Positions 40,898 through 50,942 of a stretch of DNA of 64,000 nt are shown piece after piece. The translations under genes were made by a program, and so were the position numbers. The stretch's first letter is position 1; each line of letters opens with the position of its first letter. This DNA comes from Vicinamibacteria bacterium (lineage in GTDB: Bacteria > Acidobacteriota > Vicinamibacteria > Marinacidobacterales > Marinacidobacteraceae), in assembly GCA_963555995.3 (NCBI GenBank), contig OY821641.1, positions 608,001 through 672,000 of the forward strand. Direction: 5' to 3'. The notes beneath the pieces were generated by a model. That model was not told the origin of the DNA and searched no databases. It saw nothing but the letters and a program-made list of their open reading frames with translations.

Positions 40898-42105
40898 TTG
40901 GAACGCCAGTCTCCAGACCGGCACGCGCGGCGCTCCGCACGGCGCCCGACACAACGCTCCAAAGCGGCAATTGCGCCGCCGGCTTGGAACGCCGGTCAGT
41001 TGCTGTGAAAATGCAGTTTGGGCGCAAGCTCAACCAGCGTCAGTTGCGCCGCCGGCTGGGAGCGCCGGTCTTCAGACCGGCACGCGCTGCGCGGTAGCGC
41101 AGCGCACGGCACGACGGCGAGCGGCGCGGTGGTGCTCTGCTCTCGGTTCATCACCGCAGACAGCGACACGACATCCGCGGGCCTCCGGCCCGCTGTGCCG
41201 CTCTGAAGAGCGGCGCTCCCAGCCGTTCCCGCCGTTTTCATGTCCGGCGGGGTGAGCAGGAGGACCGATCATGACGGTTTCTCCCGGTGGGGGCCTCCAG
41301 ACCGGCACCGCGGCGCTCCGCGCCGCGCACGACACAACGCTCCAAAGCGGCAATTGCGCCGCCGGCTTGGAACGCCGGTCAGTTGCTGTGAAAATGCAGT
41401 TTGGGCGCAAGCTCAACCAGCGTCAGTTGCGCCGCCGGCTGGGAGCGCCGGTCTTCAGACCGGCACGCGCTGCGCGGTAGCGCAGCGCACGGCACGACGG
41501 CGAGCGGCGCGGTGGTGCTCTGCTCTCGGTTCATCACCGCAGACAGCGACACGACATCCGCGGGCCTCCGGCCCGCTGTGCCGCTCTGAAGAGCGGCGCT
41601 CCCAGCCGTTCCCGCCGTTTTCATGTCCGGCGGGGTGCGCAGGAGGACCGATCATGACGGTTTCTCCCGGTGGGGGCCTCCAGACCGGCACCGCGGCGCT
41701 CCGCACGGCGCCCGACACAACGCTCCAAAGCGGCAATTGCGCCGCCGGCTTGGAACGCCGGTCAGTTGCTGTGAAAATGCAGTTTGGGCGCAAGCTCAAC
41801 CAGCGTCAGTTGCGCCGCCGGCTGGGAGCGCCGGTCTTCAGACCGGCACGCGCTGCGCGGTAGCGCAGCGCACGGCACGACGGCGAGCGGCGCGGTGGTG
41901 CTCTGCTCTCGGTTCATCACCGCAGACAGCGACACGACATCCGCGGGCCTCCGGTCCGCTGTGCCGCTCTGAAGAGCGGCGCTCCCAGCCGTTCCCGCCG
42001 TTTTCATGTCCGGCGGGGTGCGCAGGAGGACCGATCATGACGGTTTCTCCCGGTGGGGGCCTCCAGACCGGCACCGCGGCGCTCCGCGCCGCGCACGACA
42101 CAACC
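40898..42105 (+). repeat. Tandem triplication of a 383-bp REP-composite unit
   Basis: Unit marker ctccagaccggcac at 40911, 41295, 41678 and 42061; near-identical shadow ORFs at 40996, 41379 and 41762. Confidence 0.95.
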
Positions 42106-42161
42106 CCACCCGGAACAACCGGCCGGCGTTCCCGCCCCGATGCGCCGCCGGCCTTGTCACA

Positions 42162-43004
42162 ATGCCCGGCGTGACGTTCTTTCCGACGCGGGCGCGGGGG
42201 CAGAACTTCCTCCACGACCGGTCGGTCGCCGAGCGCTTCGTGGCCGCGGCAATCGGCGCCGGCAAGCCGGGGACGATCGTGGAGATCGGGCCCGGCAAGG
42301 GCGCGCTGACCTTCCCGCTCCTCACCGCCGGGATCCGGGTGCTGGCGATCGAGGTGGACCCGCGGCTCGCCGGACGGCTGGAGGAGCCCGCCCGGGAGCG
42401 GGGCCTGTCCGAAAACCTCCGGGTGGTGGTCGGGGACGCGCTCCGGTTGGACCTCGCGGCGGCCGTCGCCGACTTCGGGGCCGCGCCGCCGTTGCCGATC
42501 TGCGGCAACCTGCCGTTCTCGGTGGCCTCGCCGCTCCTCCTCCGCCTCATCGAGGGGCACGCGGCCCCCGGCGATCCACCGCTGTTCGACGCCCTCACCC
42601 TGACCCTCCAGAAGGAGGTGGCGGACCGGGTGGTGGCCCGGCGCGGCGAGCGCGACTACAGCGCGCTCGGCGTGGTGGTCCAGCAGGCGCTCCGCGCCGA
42701 GCTCGCCTTCCGGATCCACCCTGGCGCCTTCCGGCCGCGGCCGCGGGTGGTGTCCTCGGTGGTCCGCCTCACCCCGCGTCCGGACCCGCCCGCCGTCGGC
42801 CGGGAGCGCCATTTCCGGGCGCTGGTGCGCGGTCTCTTCGCGCATCGCCGGAAGACGCTGCGGAACTGCGTCAGCCGGCTCCCGGACCAGGAGCTGGCCG
42901 GCCGCGTGGAGGCCGCCCTCGACACCCTGGGAGTGGACCCCGGACTGCGGCCGGAGGAGGTGGCGGTGGAGGAGTTCGCGGCGTTGTCGCGGCTGACGTG
43001 CTGA
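42162..43004 (+). CDS. rsmA: 16S rRNA m6,2A dimethyltransferase
   Basis: GQNFL, EIGPGKG, GNLPF, LQKEVADR, FRPRPRV and HRRKTLRN motifs. Confidence 0.92.
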   Translation: MPGVTFFPTRARGQNFLHDRSVAERFVAAAIGAGKPGTIVEIGPGKGALTFPLLTAGIRVLAIEVDPRLAGRLEEPARERGLSENLRVVVGDALRLDLAAAVADFGAAPPLPICGNLPFSVASPLLLRLIEGHAAPGDPPLFDALTLTLQKEVADRVVARRGERDYSALGVVVQQALRAELAFRIHPGAFRPRPRVVSSVVRLTPRPDPPAVGRERHFRALVRGLFAHRRKTLRNCVSRLPDQELAGRVEAALDTLGVDPGLRPEEVAVEEFAALSRLTC

Positions 43005-43252
43005 AAGAGTCGGGAGCCGCGTTCTTGCGGCTGGTTGGGGTTGCGCCGGGCGCGGCGCGGAGCGCCGCGGTGCCGGTCTGGAGACCGGCGTTCCAGGCCG
43101 TTGCGCCATCCGGGCTCGCGGTGTCGGGTGGTCCCGCGGACCGGTGTTGCAGGCCGCTGCGCGGCGGCGCGTGTTAGGCTCGCCGCGCGACCGAAAGACC
43201 TGACCGAGAAAGAGTTGCACCGCCAGAAAGACCCGTCCCGAAGGCCCCGATC

Positions 43253-44245
43253 ATGACCGCTGAACCGCGCCGCGTCGTCATCGTCGGCAGCGGCCCCGCG
43301 GGATACACCGCGGCGCTCTACGCCGCTCGCGCCGAACTCCAGCCGCTGCTCCTCGCCGGCTCGGGCATGGACCCCGACATCGGCCTGCCGGGCGGGCAGC
43401 TCATGCTCACCACCGACGTGGAGAACTACCCGGGCTTTCCCGACGGCGTCACCGGCTACGAGATGATGGACCTCTTCCGCCGCCAGGCGGAGCGGTTCGG
43501 CACCGAGGTCCTCCAGGTGGATGCGACCGCGGTGGACCTGTCGTCGCGGCCGTTCGCGGTGACCGCCGCCGGGACCACCTACACCGCGGACTCGGTGATC
43601 GTCGCCACCGGCGCCCGCGCCCGCTGGCTCGGCCTTCCCTCGGAGAAGGAGTTCATGAACCGCGGCGTCTCGGCCTGCGCCACCTGCGACGGGGCGCTCT
43701 ACCGCGGCCGGGAGATGGCCGTGGTCGGCGGCGGCGACACCGCCATGGAGGAGGCGCTCTTCCTCACCCGTTTCGCCACCACCGTCCACGTGATCCACCG
43801 CCGGGACGCGCTCCGCGCCTCGAAGATCATGGCCCAGCGGGCGCTGGACAACCCGAAGATCCGGTTCGTCTGGGACTCGGTCGTCGAAGAGGTGCTCGGG
43901 AACCAGGAAGGGGTCACCGACCTCCGGCTCCGGAACCTGAAGACCGGCGCGGAGTCCCGGCTCCCGGTCGGCGCCCTCTTCATCGCCATCGGCCACGTTC
44001 CGAACACCGAGATCCTTACCGGCGCGCTCGAGCTCGACGGCAACGGCTACGTGGTCGTCACCCCGGGCGCCACCACCACCTCGGTCGAAGGGGTCTTCGC
44101 CTGCGGCGACGTCATGGATCCGACCTACCGGCAGGCGGTGACCGCCGCCGGGACCGGCTGCATGGCGGCGATCGCCTGCGAGCGCTGGCTCGCGGAGCAG
44201 GAGTCCGCCGCTCCTGCCGAAACCGCCCAGGAGGTCTCCGCATGA
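43253..44245 (+). CDS. trxB: Thioredoxin-disulfide reductase
   Basis: GSGPAGYTAA, CATCDG, GGGDTAMEEA and YRQAVTAAG motifs. Confidence 0.97.
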   Translation: MTAEPRRVVIVGSGPAGYTAALYAARAELQPLLLAGSGMDPDIGLPGGQLMLTTDVENYPGFPDGVTGYEMMDLFRRQAERFGTEVLQVDATAVDLSSRPFAVTAAGTTYTADSVIVATGARARWLGLPSEKEFMNRGVSACATCDGALYRGREMAVVGGGDTAMEEALFLTRFATTVHVIHRRDALRASKIMAQRALDNPKIRFVWDSVVEEVLGNQEGVTDLRLRNLKTGAESRLPVGALFIAIGHVPNTEILTGALELDGNGYVVVTPGATTTSVEGVFACGDVMDPTYRQAVTAAGTGCMAAIACERWLAEQESAAPAETAQEVSA

Positions 44246-44775
44246 ACCACCGTTCCCTCGCCCTCGTCCTGCCGCTGGCCCTCGTCCTCCCCGCGGCCGC
44301 CCCCGCGGAGGCGCCTCCGCAGTCCGAGCGGCGCGGCGTGGTCAACGAGCCGGCGCCCGACCTCGAACTCCCCGACCTCGACGGCAACCTGGTCTCCCTG
44401 CGGTCGTTCCCCGGGAAGATCGTGGTGTACGACTTCTGGGCGGTCTGGTGCGGCCCCTGCGTGGATTCGCTGCCGTTCCTCCAGGAACTCGAGGACCGCT
44501 ACCGCGACGAGGGGCTCGTGGTCGTCGGGCTGCACGTGGACGACAACGTGCCGTCCGTGGAGGAGGTCCAGGCGTTTCTCGACGAGCACGGCGCGAAGTA
44601 CGTGAACCTGCTCTCCACGGTCGAGGCCGACGAGGCGTTCCGCATCTTCGCGATGCCGACCACCTACATCACCGACCGGGAAGGCGTCGTCCGCCTGCGT
44701 CACATCGGATTCAACCCGAGCCGCACGCCCGAGCGGCTCGAGAACGAAGTCCGGGACCTCCTCGGGCTCGAATAG
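44242..44775 (+). CDS. TlpA/ResA-like disulfide reductase
   Basis: Signal peptide; DFWAVWCGPC; MPTTYITDREG. Confidence 0.9.
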   Translation: MNHRSLALVLPLALVLPAAAPAEAPPQSERRGVVNEPAPDLELPDLDGNLVSLRSFPGKIVVYDFWAVWCGPCVDSLPFLQELEDRYRDEGLVVVGLHVDDNVPSVEEVQAFLDEHGAKYVNLLSTVEADEAFRIFAMPTTYITDREGVVRLRHIGFNPSRTPERLENEVRDLLGLE

Positions 44776-44817
44776 CCCGCTCCGGATCCCATCCTTTATA
44801 TATAGGGACTCCGAACG

Positions 44818-46116
44818 GTGCCCGGACTGGCGGTCGTCGGGACCCAGTGGGGGGACGAGGGGAAGGGGAAGTTCGTTGACATCCTCTCGCCGCGCTTCCA
44901 CACCGTGGTGCGGTTCGGGGGCGGCCACAACGCGGGACACACGGTGGTCACCGGCGGCCGGGAGTTCATCCTCCACCTCCTGCCTTCCGCGGTGCTCCAC
45001 CCGGGCGTCCGCTCCATCGTCGGCAACGGCTGCGTGGTGGACCCGCTCGCCTTCTTCGAGGAGATGGAGATGCTGGAGGCGGCCGGGCGCGACCCCTCGC
45101 CCGACCTGCTCCTCTCGGACCGGGCCCAGATCATCCTCCCGGTGCACCGGGCGATCGAGGCGCGGGAAGAGGAACGGCTCGGGAAGCACCGGATCGGCAC
45201 CACCCGCCGGGGCATCGGCCCCGCCTACGCGGACAAGGCCGCCCGCCGGGGCCTCCGGCTCGGGGACCTGCGCCATCCCGACTACCGCGACGAGCGGCTC
45301 GCCCACCTGATCGCCGGGCACGGCGAACTGCTCGGCTGGAGCGAGGGCCGGATCGCCGAAGAGGTCGCCGGCACGCGGGAGCTGCTCGACCGCTTCGCGG
45401 CCCGGGTCCTGCCGCTCATCGCGGACACCTCGCTGGTGATCCACACGACGCTCGAAGCGGGGCACGGGGTCCTGTTCGAGGGCGCGCAGGCGACCCTCCT
45501 CGACCTCGATCACGGGACCTATCCCTTCGTCACCTCCTCGACCGCGGTGGCGGCGGGCGCCGCGGTGGGCGCCGGGGTCGGCCCGGGCGCGGTGGGGAGG
45601 GTGCTCGGGGTATCGAAGGCCTACATGACCCGGGTGGGGGAGGGGCCGTTCCCCACCGAGATGGATCCGGAGCAGAACCGCACGATCCAGGAGAAGGGCA
45701 ACGAGTTCGGCGCCACCACCCGCCGGCCGCGGCGCTGCGGCTGGTTCGACAGCGTCGTGCTGCGCTACGCGCGCCGGGTGAATGGGCTCGACGAACTCGC
45801 CATCACCAAGCTGGACGTCCTCGACGGGCTCGACGAGGTGCGCATCGGGGTCCGCTACCGGCTGGACGGGGACCCCGTGGAGGAGTTCCCGGGCGAGTTC
45901 GGGGCGCTCGCGCGCTGCGAGGTCGAGTACCGGACCATGCCCGGCTGGGACCGGCCGACGGCGGGGGCGACGCGGCTGGAGGAGCTCCCGCGGGAGGCGC
46001 GGCGCTACCTCGACACGCTGGAGGAACTCTCGGGGGTCCCGGTCACGCTGGTTTCGACGGGGCCGGACCGGGAGGCGTTCGTGCGGCGCCGGGAGACGGG
46101 AGTTCTGGGCGAATAG
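44818..46116 (+). CDS. purA: Adenylosuccinate synthase
   Basis: QWGDEGKGK, GGHNAGHT, GTYPFVTSS and TKLDVL motifs. Confidence 0.97.
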   Translation: MPGLAVVGTQWGDEGKGKFVDILSPRFHTVVRFGGGHNAGHTVVTGGREFILHLLPSAVLHPGVRSIVGNGCVVDPLAFFEEMEMLEAAGRDPSPDLLLSDRAQIILPVHRAIEAREEERLGKHRIGTTRRGIGPAYADKAARRGLRLGDLRHPDYRDERLAHLIAGHGELLGWSEGRIAEEVAGTRELLDRFAARVLPLIADTSLVIHTTLEAGHGVLFEGAQATLLDLDHGTYPFVTSSTAVAAGAAVGAGVGPGAVGRVLGVSKAYMTRVGEGPFPTEMDPEQNRTIQEKGNEFGATTRRPRRCGWFDSVVLRYARRVNGLDELAITKLDVLDGLDEVRIGVRYRLDGDPVEEFPGEFGALARCEVEYRTMPGWDRPTAGATRLEELPREARRYLDTLEELSGVPVTLVSTGPDREAFVRRRETGVLGE

Positions 46117-46324
46117 TCTCGGAGCGCTGGCCTCCGGCCGGCCCGGTCCTCTCGGTGAGGGCTGCGCCGGGACGCGATCCCGGGCCGTCGGCGCAGGTGG
46201 CGAGGCGCTGAGCGAAGCGCCTTCCGGAAGGCGCGCTCCGGTCCGCGCCGGATTCGCTGGTCGCCGCTTGTCAACAACCGCCCGCGTTCGTCTGCCGGCT
46301 CTGAGTTTCCCGGATGACCCGTAC

Positions 46325-46404
46325 AAGGAAAGCCCCCGGGGCACCGTGAAGGCGAAGGCCCGGGGGGGGTTATGCACGGGATTCTATCCATTTCGCTTGA
46401 CAGG
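46325..46404 (-). repeat. ~80-bp direct repeat copy A (promoter + hairpin unit) downstream of the NYN gene
   Basis: About 9 substitutions and 1 indel relative to 47217-47295; TAGAAT box on the minus strand. Confidence 0.8.
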
Positions 46405-46569
46405 TTGTCAAGTGGAGAACCGGGGAACGAACGAAGCGGAGAACGGGGACGAAGATCCCAGCCACCGCAATCTCGAACCAGCGCGGAACTACGGGGGCCG
46501 AGATCCGACCGGACCTCCGGCCTCGATGTCTGGCGGGGTCGGGAACAGAAGACGCGCGGAACCGGGCAA

Positions 46570-47214
46570 TCAGGAATTGCCGACAAACAAGTCGTCGAAC
46601 CAATTCCGCTGGAGCGGGATGGCCTTCACCACACTGTCGAGTTCTGCCGATCGAACCCCCCAAGACCGGACGGGAAACACCTTTTTCCCCATCCCACCAA
46701 CTTCCCGAACCGCCGAGACATAGTCGGCATCCGCCGACAGGAGGTACGCCACGTCATATTCGTCCCGGTAGGCCATGCTCACCAGATCCACGGCGATCCA
46801 GACATCCGCTTGTTTCTCGACGTAGCTCACGAACGATTTGCGGCTCAGTTCCTCGAGTCGCCTACGGAATGCCGCCGGTGTGTCCGGGGGCGCCTGAGCC
46901 AACGTCTGCCTGAGTTCTGCGAGCGCCGGATTCTTGTCAGCCGGTACTGGATTCCGCTGGATTCGTCCCAGGAAGAGCCGCACTCCCTGTCTCTCCAGCC
47001 GATCCAACCGCCGTCGTTGGCGGGCGGCCCGCCCCCGGTCCCCTCGTATCCGTCCGATATAGAAACGAATCTCGGTTAGCGTGCTCCCCTTGAGGAGCTT
47101 CTTCGCGACCTCGGGATAGTCGAGATCGTAGGCATCCACGCCGATTTTCTTGAGACCGTGGTACCAGTTGTTCCCATCAATGAAGAGGACCGAACGCTCG
47201 GAGATCAGATGCAC
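46570..47214 (-). CDS. NYN/LabA/DUF88 (PIN-fold) putative ribonuclease (start uncertain)
   Basis: FIDGNN, RFYIG, EKQADVWIAVDL and LLSADADY acidic motifs are intact. Confidence 0.88.
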   Translation of the reverse strand: MHLISERSVLFIDGNNWYHGLKKIGVDAYDLDYPEVAKKLLKGSTLTEIRFYIGRIRGDRGRAARQRRRLDRLERQGVRLFLGRIQRNPVPADKNPALAELRQTLAQAPPDTPAAFRRRLEELSRKSFVSYVEKQADVWIAVDLVSMAYRDEYDVAYLLSADADYVSAVREVGGMGKKVFPVRSWGVRSAELDSVVKAIPLQRNWFDDLFVGNS

Positions 47215-47216
47215 AA

Positions 47217-47295
47217 AAGGAAAGCCCCAAGGGCGCCGTGAAGGCGATGGCCCGGGGAGGGTATGCACGGAATTTTATCCGTTTCGCTTGAGAGG
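47217..47295 (-). repeat. ~80-bp direct repeat copy B (promoter + hairpin unit) directly upstream of the NYN gene
   Basis: TAAAAT box, GC hairpin, then ctttcctttt immediately before GTG 47214. Confidence 0.8.
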
Positions 47296-47352
47296 CCCCA
47301 CCGGGAGGACGGACCCCGTTGCCCTGCTAACATTCCCGCCCTTCTCGCGGTC

Positions 47353-47425
47353 GGGCCGTTAGCTCAGTTGGCAGAGCGCTCGCCTTTTAAGCGAGATGTC
47401 GCAGGTTCGAAACCTGCACGGCCTA
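47353..47425 (+). tRNA. tRNA-Lys(TTT)
   Basis: Anticodon arm ctcgc-ctTTTaa-gcgag; ggttcgaaacc T arm. Confidence 0.93.
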
Positions 47426-47434
47426 CCCCCTCGG

Positions 47435-47507
47435 GTCCCCATCGTCTAGAGGCCCAGGACGTCGCCCTTTCACGGCGAAAACACGGGTTCGACTCCCGTT
47501 GGGGACG
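47435..47507 (+). tRNA. tRNA-Glu(TTC)
   Basis: Acceptor gtcccca/tggggac; anticodon arm tcgcc-ctTTCac-ggcga. Confidence 0.95.
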
Positions 47508-47615
47508 CGCGCTCCTCCGGAAGCAGCGCCGGAAGAGCCGTTCCGGGAGCGCTCCCGCGACCGGCTCCCGGCGAGGCGGTTTCCCCGTACCCTTGCGACC
47601 CTTCCCGAAAGCCCC

Positions 47616-50600
47616 GTGACCCTCTTCCGGCCCGCCCGCACCGTCGCCGACATCGCCGACGTCGAGGACGAGACCCGCCGCTTCTGGGAAGAGCGGGACA
47701 TCTTCCGGAAGAGCGTCGCGCGCCGCGCCGGCGGGGAGCCCTGGGTCTGGCACGACGGCCCGCCGACCGCGAACGGGCGTCCCCACAACGGGCACGTCCT
47801 CACCCGCGTCTTCAAGGACGTCTTCCCCCGCTTCCACACCATGCGGGGGCGCCACGCCGAGCGGATCGCGGGCTGGGACACCCACGGCCTGCCGGTGGAG
47901 GTCGAGGTGGAGAAGGAACTCGGCATCCACGGCCGCGCCGGCATCGAGGAGTACGGCGTGGGGCCGTTCGTCGAGAAGTGCATGGCGAGCGTCTTCCGCT
48001 ACATCCGCGACTGGGAGGAGATGACCGCCCGCATCGGGCACTGGGTGGACCTCGACCACGCCTACGTCACCTACCGGCGCTCCTACGTCGAGAGCGTCTG
48101 GTGGGCGCTCGCCGAGCTCCACCGCAAGGGACTCCTCTACCGCGGGGAGAAGGTCGTCTGGTGGTGGGCGCAGGGCGGCACCGCCCTCTCCTCCGCCGAG
48201 GTCGGCCTCGGCTACCGCGAGGTGGACGACCCGGCGGTGTACGTGACCCTGCCGCTGGTGGACGATCCCGGTCTCTCGCTCGTCGTCTGGACCACCACCC
48301 CCTGGACGCTCCCCTCGAACCTCTACGCCGCGGTCCGGCCGGGCACCGACTACGTGGAGGTCGAGGACACGCCCGAAGGCGGCGCAACGCGCCGGCTGGT
48401 GGTCGCCGCCGCGCTCCGGGAGGACCTCGCCGGGCGGCTCGGCCGCGCTCTCCCGGTGCGCCGCACCTTCCCCGGCGAGGAACTCGTCGGCCGCCGCTAC
48501 CGGCCCCCCTTCGACGACTTCTGGAACCGCCACCACGCCCTCGCAGGCCGCCTGCCGGGCGGGGGTTCGGTCTCCGCCTTCTGGCGGGTCCTGGCCGCCG
48601 ACTTCGTGGAGCTCGACCAGGGCACCGGCCTCGTCCACGAGGCCCCCGCCTTCGGCGAGGTGGACCACGACCTGCACCGGAAGACGGTCTCCGCGTACGC
48701 GAACGCCGATGAGATCCCGCTCCCCTGCGCGATCGGCCCGGACGGGCGGTTCACCGCCGAGGTCCCCTGGCTCGAAGGCCAGTGGGTCAAGGAGGCGGAC
48801 AAGGCGATCGTCCGCCGCCTCCGCGAGGAAGGCCGCCTGCTCCACCACGAGACCATCCGCCACGAGTACCCGTTCTGCTGGCGTTCGGACCAGGACCCGC
48901 TGATCCAGTACGCCCGCCCCGCCTGGTTCATCCGCACCACCGCCCGGAAGGACGCGGCGCTCGCCAACAGTGGCGCGGTGAACTGGCTCCCCGAGCACAT
49001 CCGGGAGGGCCGCTTCGGCGACTTCCTCCGCAACAACGTGGACTGGGCGCTCTCCCGCGAGCGGTTCTGGGGCACCCCGCTGAACATCTGGATCAACGAC
49101 GCGACCGGCCGGCTGGAAACGCCCGCCTCGGTGGCCGAGATCGAGGCGAAGAACCCGGACGCCTTCGCCGCCTTCCGGAAGGCGCGCGCGGAACGGCCCG
49201 ACCTCGATCCCGACCTCCTCGTCCACAAGCCCTGGGTGGACGAGGTGACCTGGACGAACCCGGGCGAGCCCGGGGTGTACCGCCGCGTCCCCGAGGTCAT
49301 TGACTGCTGGTTCGACTCGGGGGCGATGCCCTTCGCGCAGTGGGGGTTCCCGCACCAGAACCGCGACCGGTTCCGAAAGGCCTTCCCCGCCGACTACATC
49401 GTCGAGGCGGTGGACCAGACCCGCGGCTGGTTCTACTCGCTGCTGATGATCTCGACGCTGCTCTTCGACGAGGACACCTGCGGCCGCCTCGGCATCGCGG
49501 CCCCGGACGGGCCGCACCCCTACCGGTCGTGCCTGGTGCTCGGCCACGTCACCGACCCCGAGGGCCGGAAGGAGTCCAAGTCGCGCGGCAACTACACCCC
49601 GCCGGAGGAGACGCTCGCGGAGGCCGGCGCCGACGCCTTCCGCTGGTTCTTCCTCGCCGCCGCCGCGCCCTGGGCCAACAAGCGCCATTCGCTCCCGAAC
49701 GTGCGCGCCGCCGCCCGCGAGTTCCCGCTGAAACTCCGGAACGTCGTTTCCTTCTTCACCATCTACGCGGAGATTGACGGCTTCGATCCGCGCCGCGACC
49801 AGGGCCGCCCCGTCCCCGAGCGCCCCGCGCTCGACCGCTGGATCCTCTCCCACCTCGAGGAGACGACCGCCGAGGTCACCGCCGGCCTCGAGGAGATCCG
49901 CGCCTACGACGCGGCCCGCGCGCTCGCCGGCTTCGCCGAGTCGCTCTCCAACTGGTGGCTCCGCCGCAGCCGCCGCCGCTTCTGGGAAGCGGGGCGCGGC
50001 GCGGACAAGCTGGACGCCTACCGGACGCTCTACGACGCGCTGGTCCGCCTCTCGCGGCTCGCCGCGCCCTTCGTCCCCTTCCTCGCCGAGGAGATCCACC
50101 GGAACCTGGTGGCCGGCCCGTTCGGGGACGCGGCGCCCGAGAGCGTCCACCTCACCGATTGGCCCGAGCGCGAGTTCCCCCTCGACGCCGGGCTCAACGG
50201 GGAGATGGCGGCGGTCCGCGAGATCGCCTCGCTCGGCCTCCGGGTGCGGAAGGAGCACGAGATCCGGGTGCGGCAGCCGCTCGCCGCCGCCAGCGTCGCG
50301 GTGGCCGAGGAGGGCCTCCGGGCGCGGCTCGACCGCCATCGGGACCTGATCGCCGACGAGCTGAACGTCCGCGAGGTCCGCTTCCGGGAGGATCCGGAAG
50401 CCGATCTGGAGTTCGTGGTGAAGCCCAACTTCCGGCGTCTCGGTCCCCGGCTCGGCCGCCGGATGCCGGCGGCCCGGAAGGCGATCTTCGCGCTCGACGG
50501 CCGGGCGGCCCGCGACGCGCTCGCCCACGGACCGCTCACGCTCGACCTGCCCGGCGGCGACACTGTGACGATGGAGGCGGACGACCTCGCCGTGGAGTCC

Positions 50601-50942
50601 CGCCCGCGCGCGGGCCGCGCCATCGCCGGGAGCCCCCTCGCCACGGTATCCCTCGACACCGTGCTCACCCCCGAACTCCTCGCCGAGGGCCGCTACCGCG
50701 AGTTGCTGAACCGGGTGCAGAACTTCCGCAAGGACCTCGACCTCCCCTACGTGGCGCGCATCCGCGTGGGACTCGACGGCGACGGCGGCCTGCTTGCGGT
50801 CGCCCGCGAGCGCGAGGCCCACTTCCTGAACGAGACCCTCGCGGTGGAACTCCACGCCGGCGAACTCCCCGGGGCCGAGCGGCGCGAGATCGAGATCGAG
50901 GGCGAACGCGCCGTCCTGTCGCTGGAGGTCGTCACCGGATGA
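47616..50942 (+). CDS. ileS: Isoleucine--tRNA ligase (type 2-like)
   Basis: DGPPTANG.PHNGH, GWDTHGLP, WTTTPWTL, HEYPFCWR, SRERFWGTP, DQTRGWF; long C-terminal domain. Confidence 0.95.
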   Translation: MTLFRPARTVADIADVEDETRRFWEERDIFRKSVARRAGGEPWVWHDGPPTANGRPHNGHVLTRVFKDVFPRFHTMRGRHAERIAGWDTHGLPVEVEVEKELGIHGRAGIEEYGVGPFVEKCMASVFRYIRDWEEMTARIGHWVDLDHAYVTYRRSYVESVWWALAELHRKGLLYRGEKVVWWWAQGGTALSSAEVGLGYREVDDPAVYVTLPLVDDPGLSLVVWTTTPWTLPSNLYAAVRPGTDYVEVEDTPEGGATRRLVVAAALREDLAGRLGRALPVRRTFPGEELVGRRYRPPFDDFWNRHHALAGRLPGGGSVSAFWRVLAADFVELDQGTGLVHEAPAFGEVDHDLHRKTVSAYANADEIPLPCAIGPDGRFTAEVPWLEGQWVKEADKAIVRRLREEGRLLHHETIRHEYPFCWRSDQDPLIQYARPAWFIRTTARKDAALANSGAVNWLPEHIREGRFGDFLRNNVDWALSRERFWGTPLNIWINDATGRLETPASVAEIEAKNPDAFAAFRKARAERPDLDPDLLVHKPWVDEVTWTNPGEPGVYRRVPEVIDCWFDSGAMPFAQWGFPHQNRDRFRKAFPADYIVEAVDQTRGWFYSLLMISTLLFDEDTCGRLGIAAPDGPHPYRSCLVLGHVTDPEGRKESKSRGNYTPPEETLAEAGADAFRWFFLAAAAPWANKRHSLPNVRAAAREFPLKLRNVVSFFTIYAEIDGFDPRRDQGRPVPERPALDRWILSHLEETTAEVTAGLEEIRAYDAARALAGFAESLSNWWLRRSRRRFWEAGRGADKLDAYRTLYDALVRLSRLAAPFVPFLAEEIHRNLVAGPFGDAAPESVHLTDWPEREFPLDAGLNGEMAAVREIASLGLRVRKEHEIRVRQPLAAASVAVAEEGLRARLDRHRDLIADELNVREVRFREDPEADLEFVVKPNFRRLGPRLGRRMPAARKAIFALDGRAARDALAHGPLTLDLPGGDTVTMEADDLAVESRPRAGRAIAGSPLATVSLDTVLTPELLAEGRYRELLNRVQNFRKDLDLPYVARIRVGLDGDGGLLAVAREREAHFLNETLAVELHAGELPGAERREIEIEGERAVLSLEVVTG

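Noticed and set aside
47215-47268. N-terminal extension MHTLPGPS... of the NYN protein
   Set aside because: It runs through the repeated hairpin and starts only 3 nt after the -10 box; the same frame is not preserved in copy A.
46325-47295. attL/attR pair of an integrated element around the NYN gene
   Set aside because: The repeat contains no tRNA 3'-end sequence and there is no integrase. A duplication scar cannot be fully excluded.
47508-47615. T-box leader upstream of ileS
   Set aside because: Too short, with no T-box consensus or terminator visible.
47364-50855. 1163-aa minus-strand ORF
   Set aside because: Antisense shadow of ileS that also overlaps tRNA genes.
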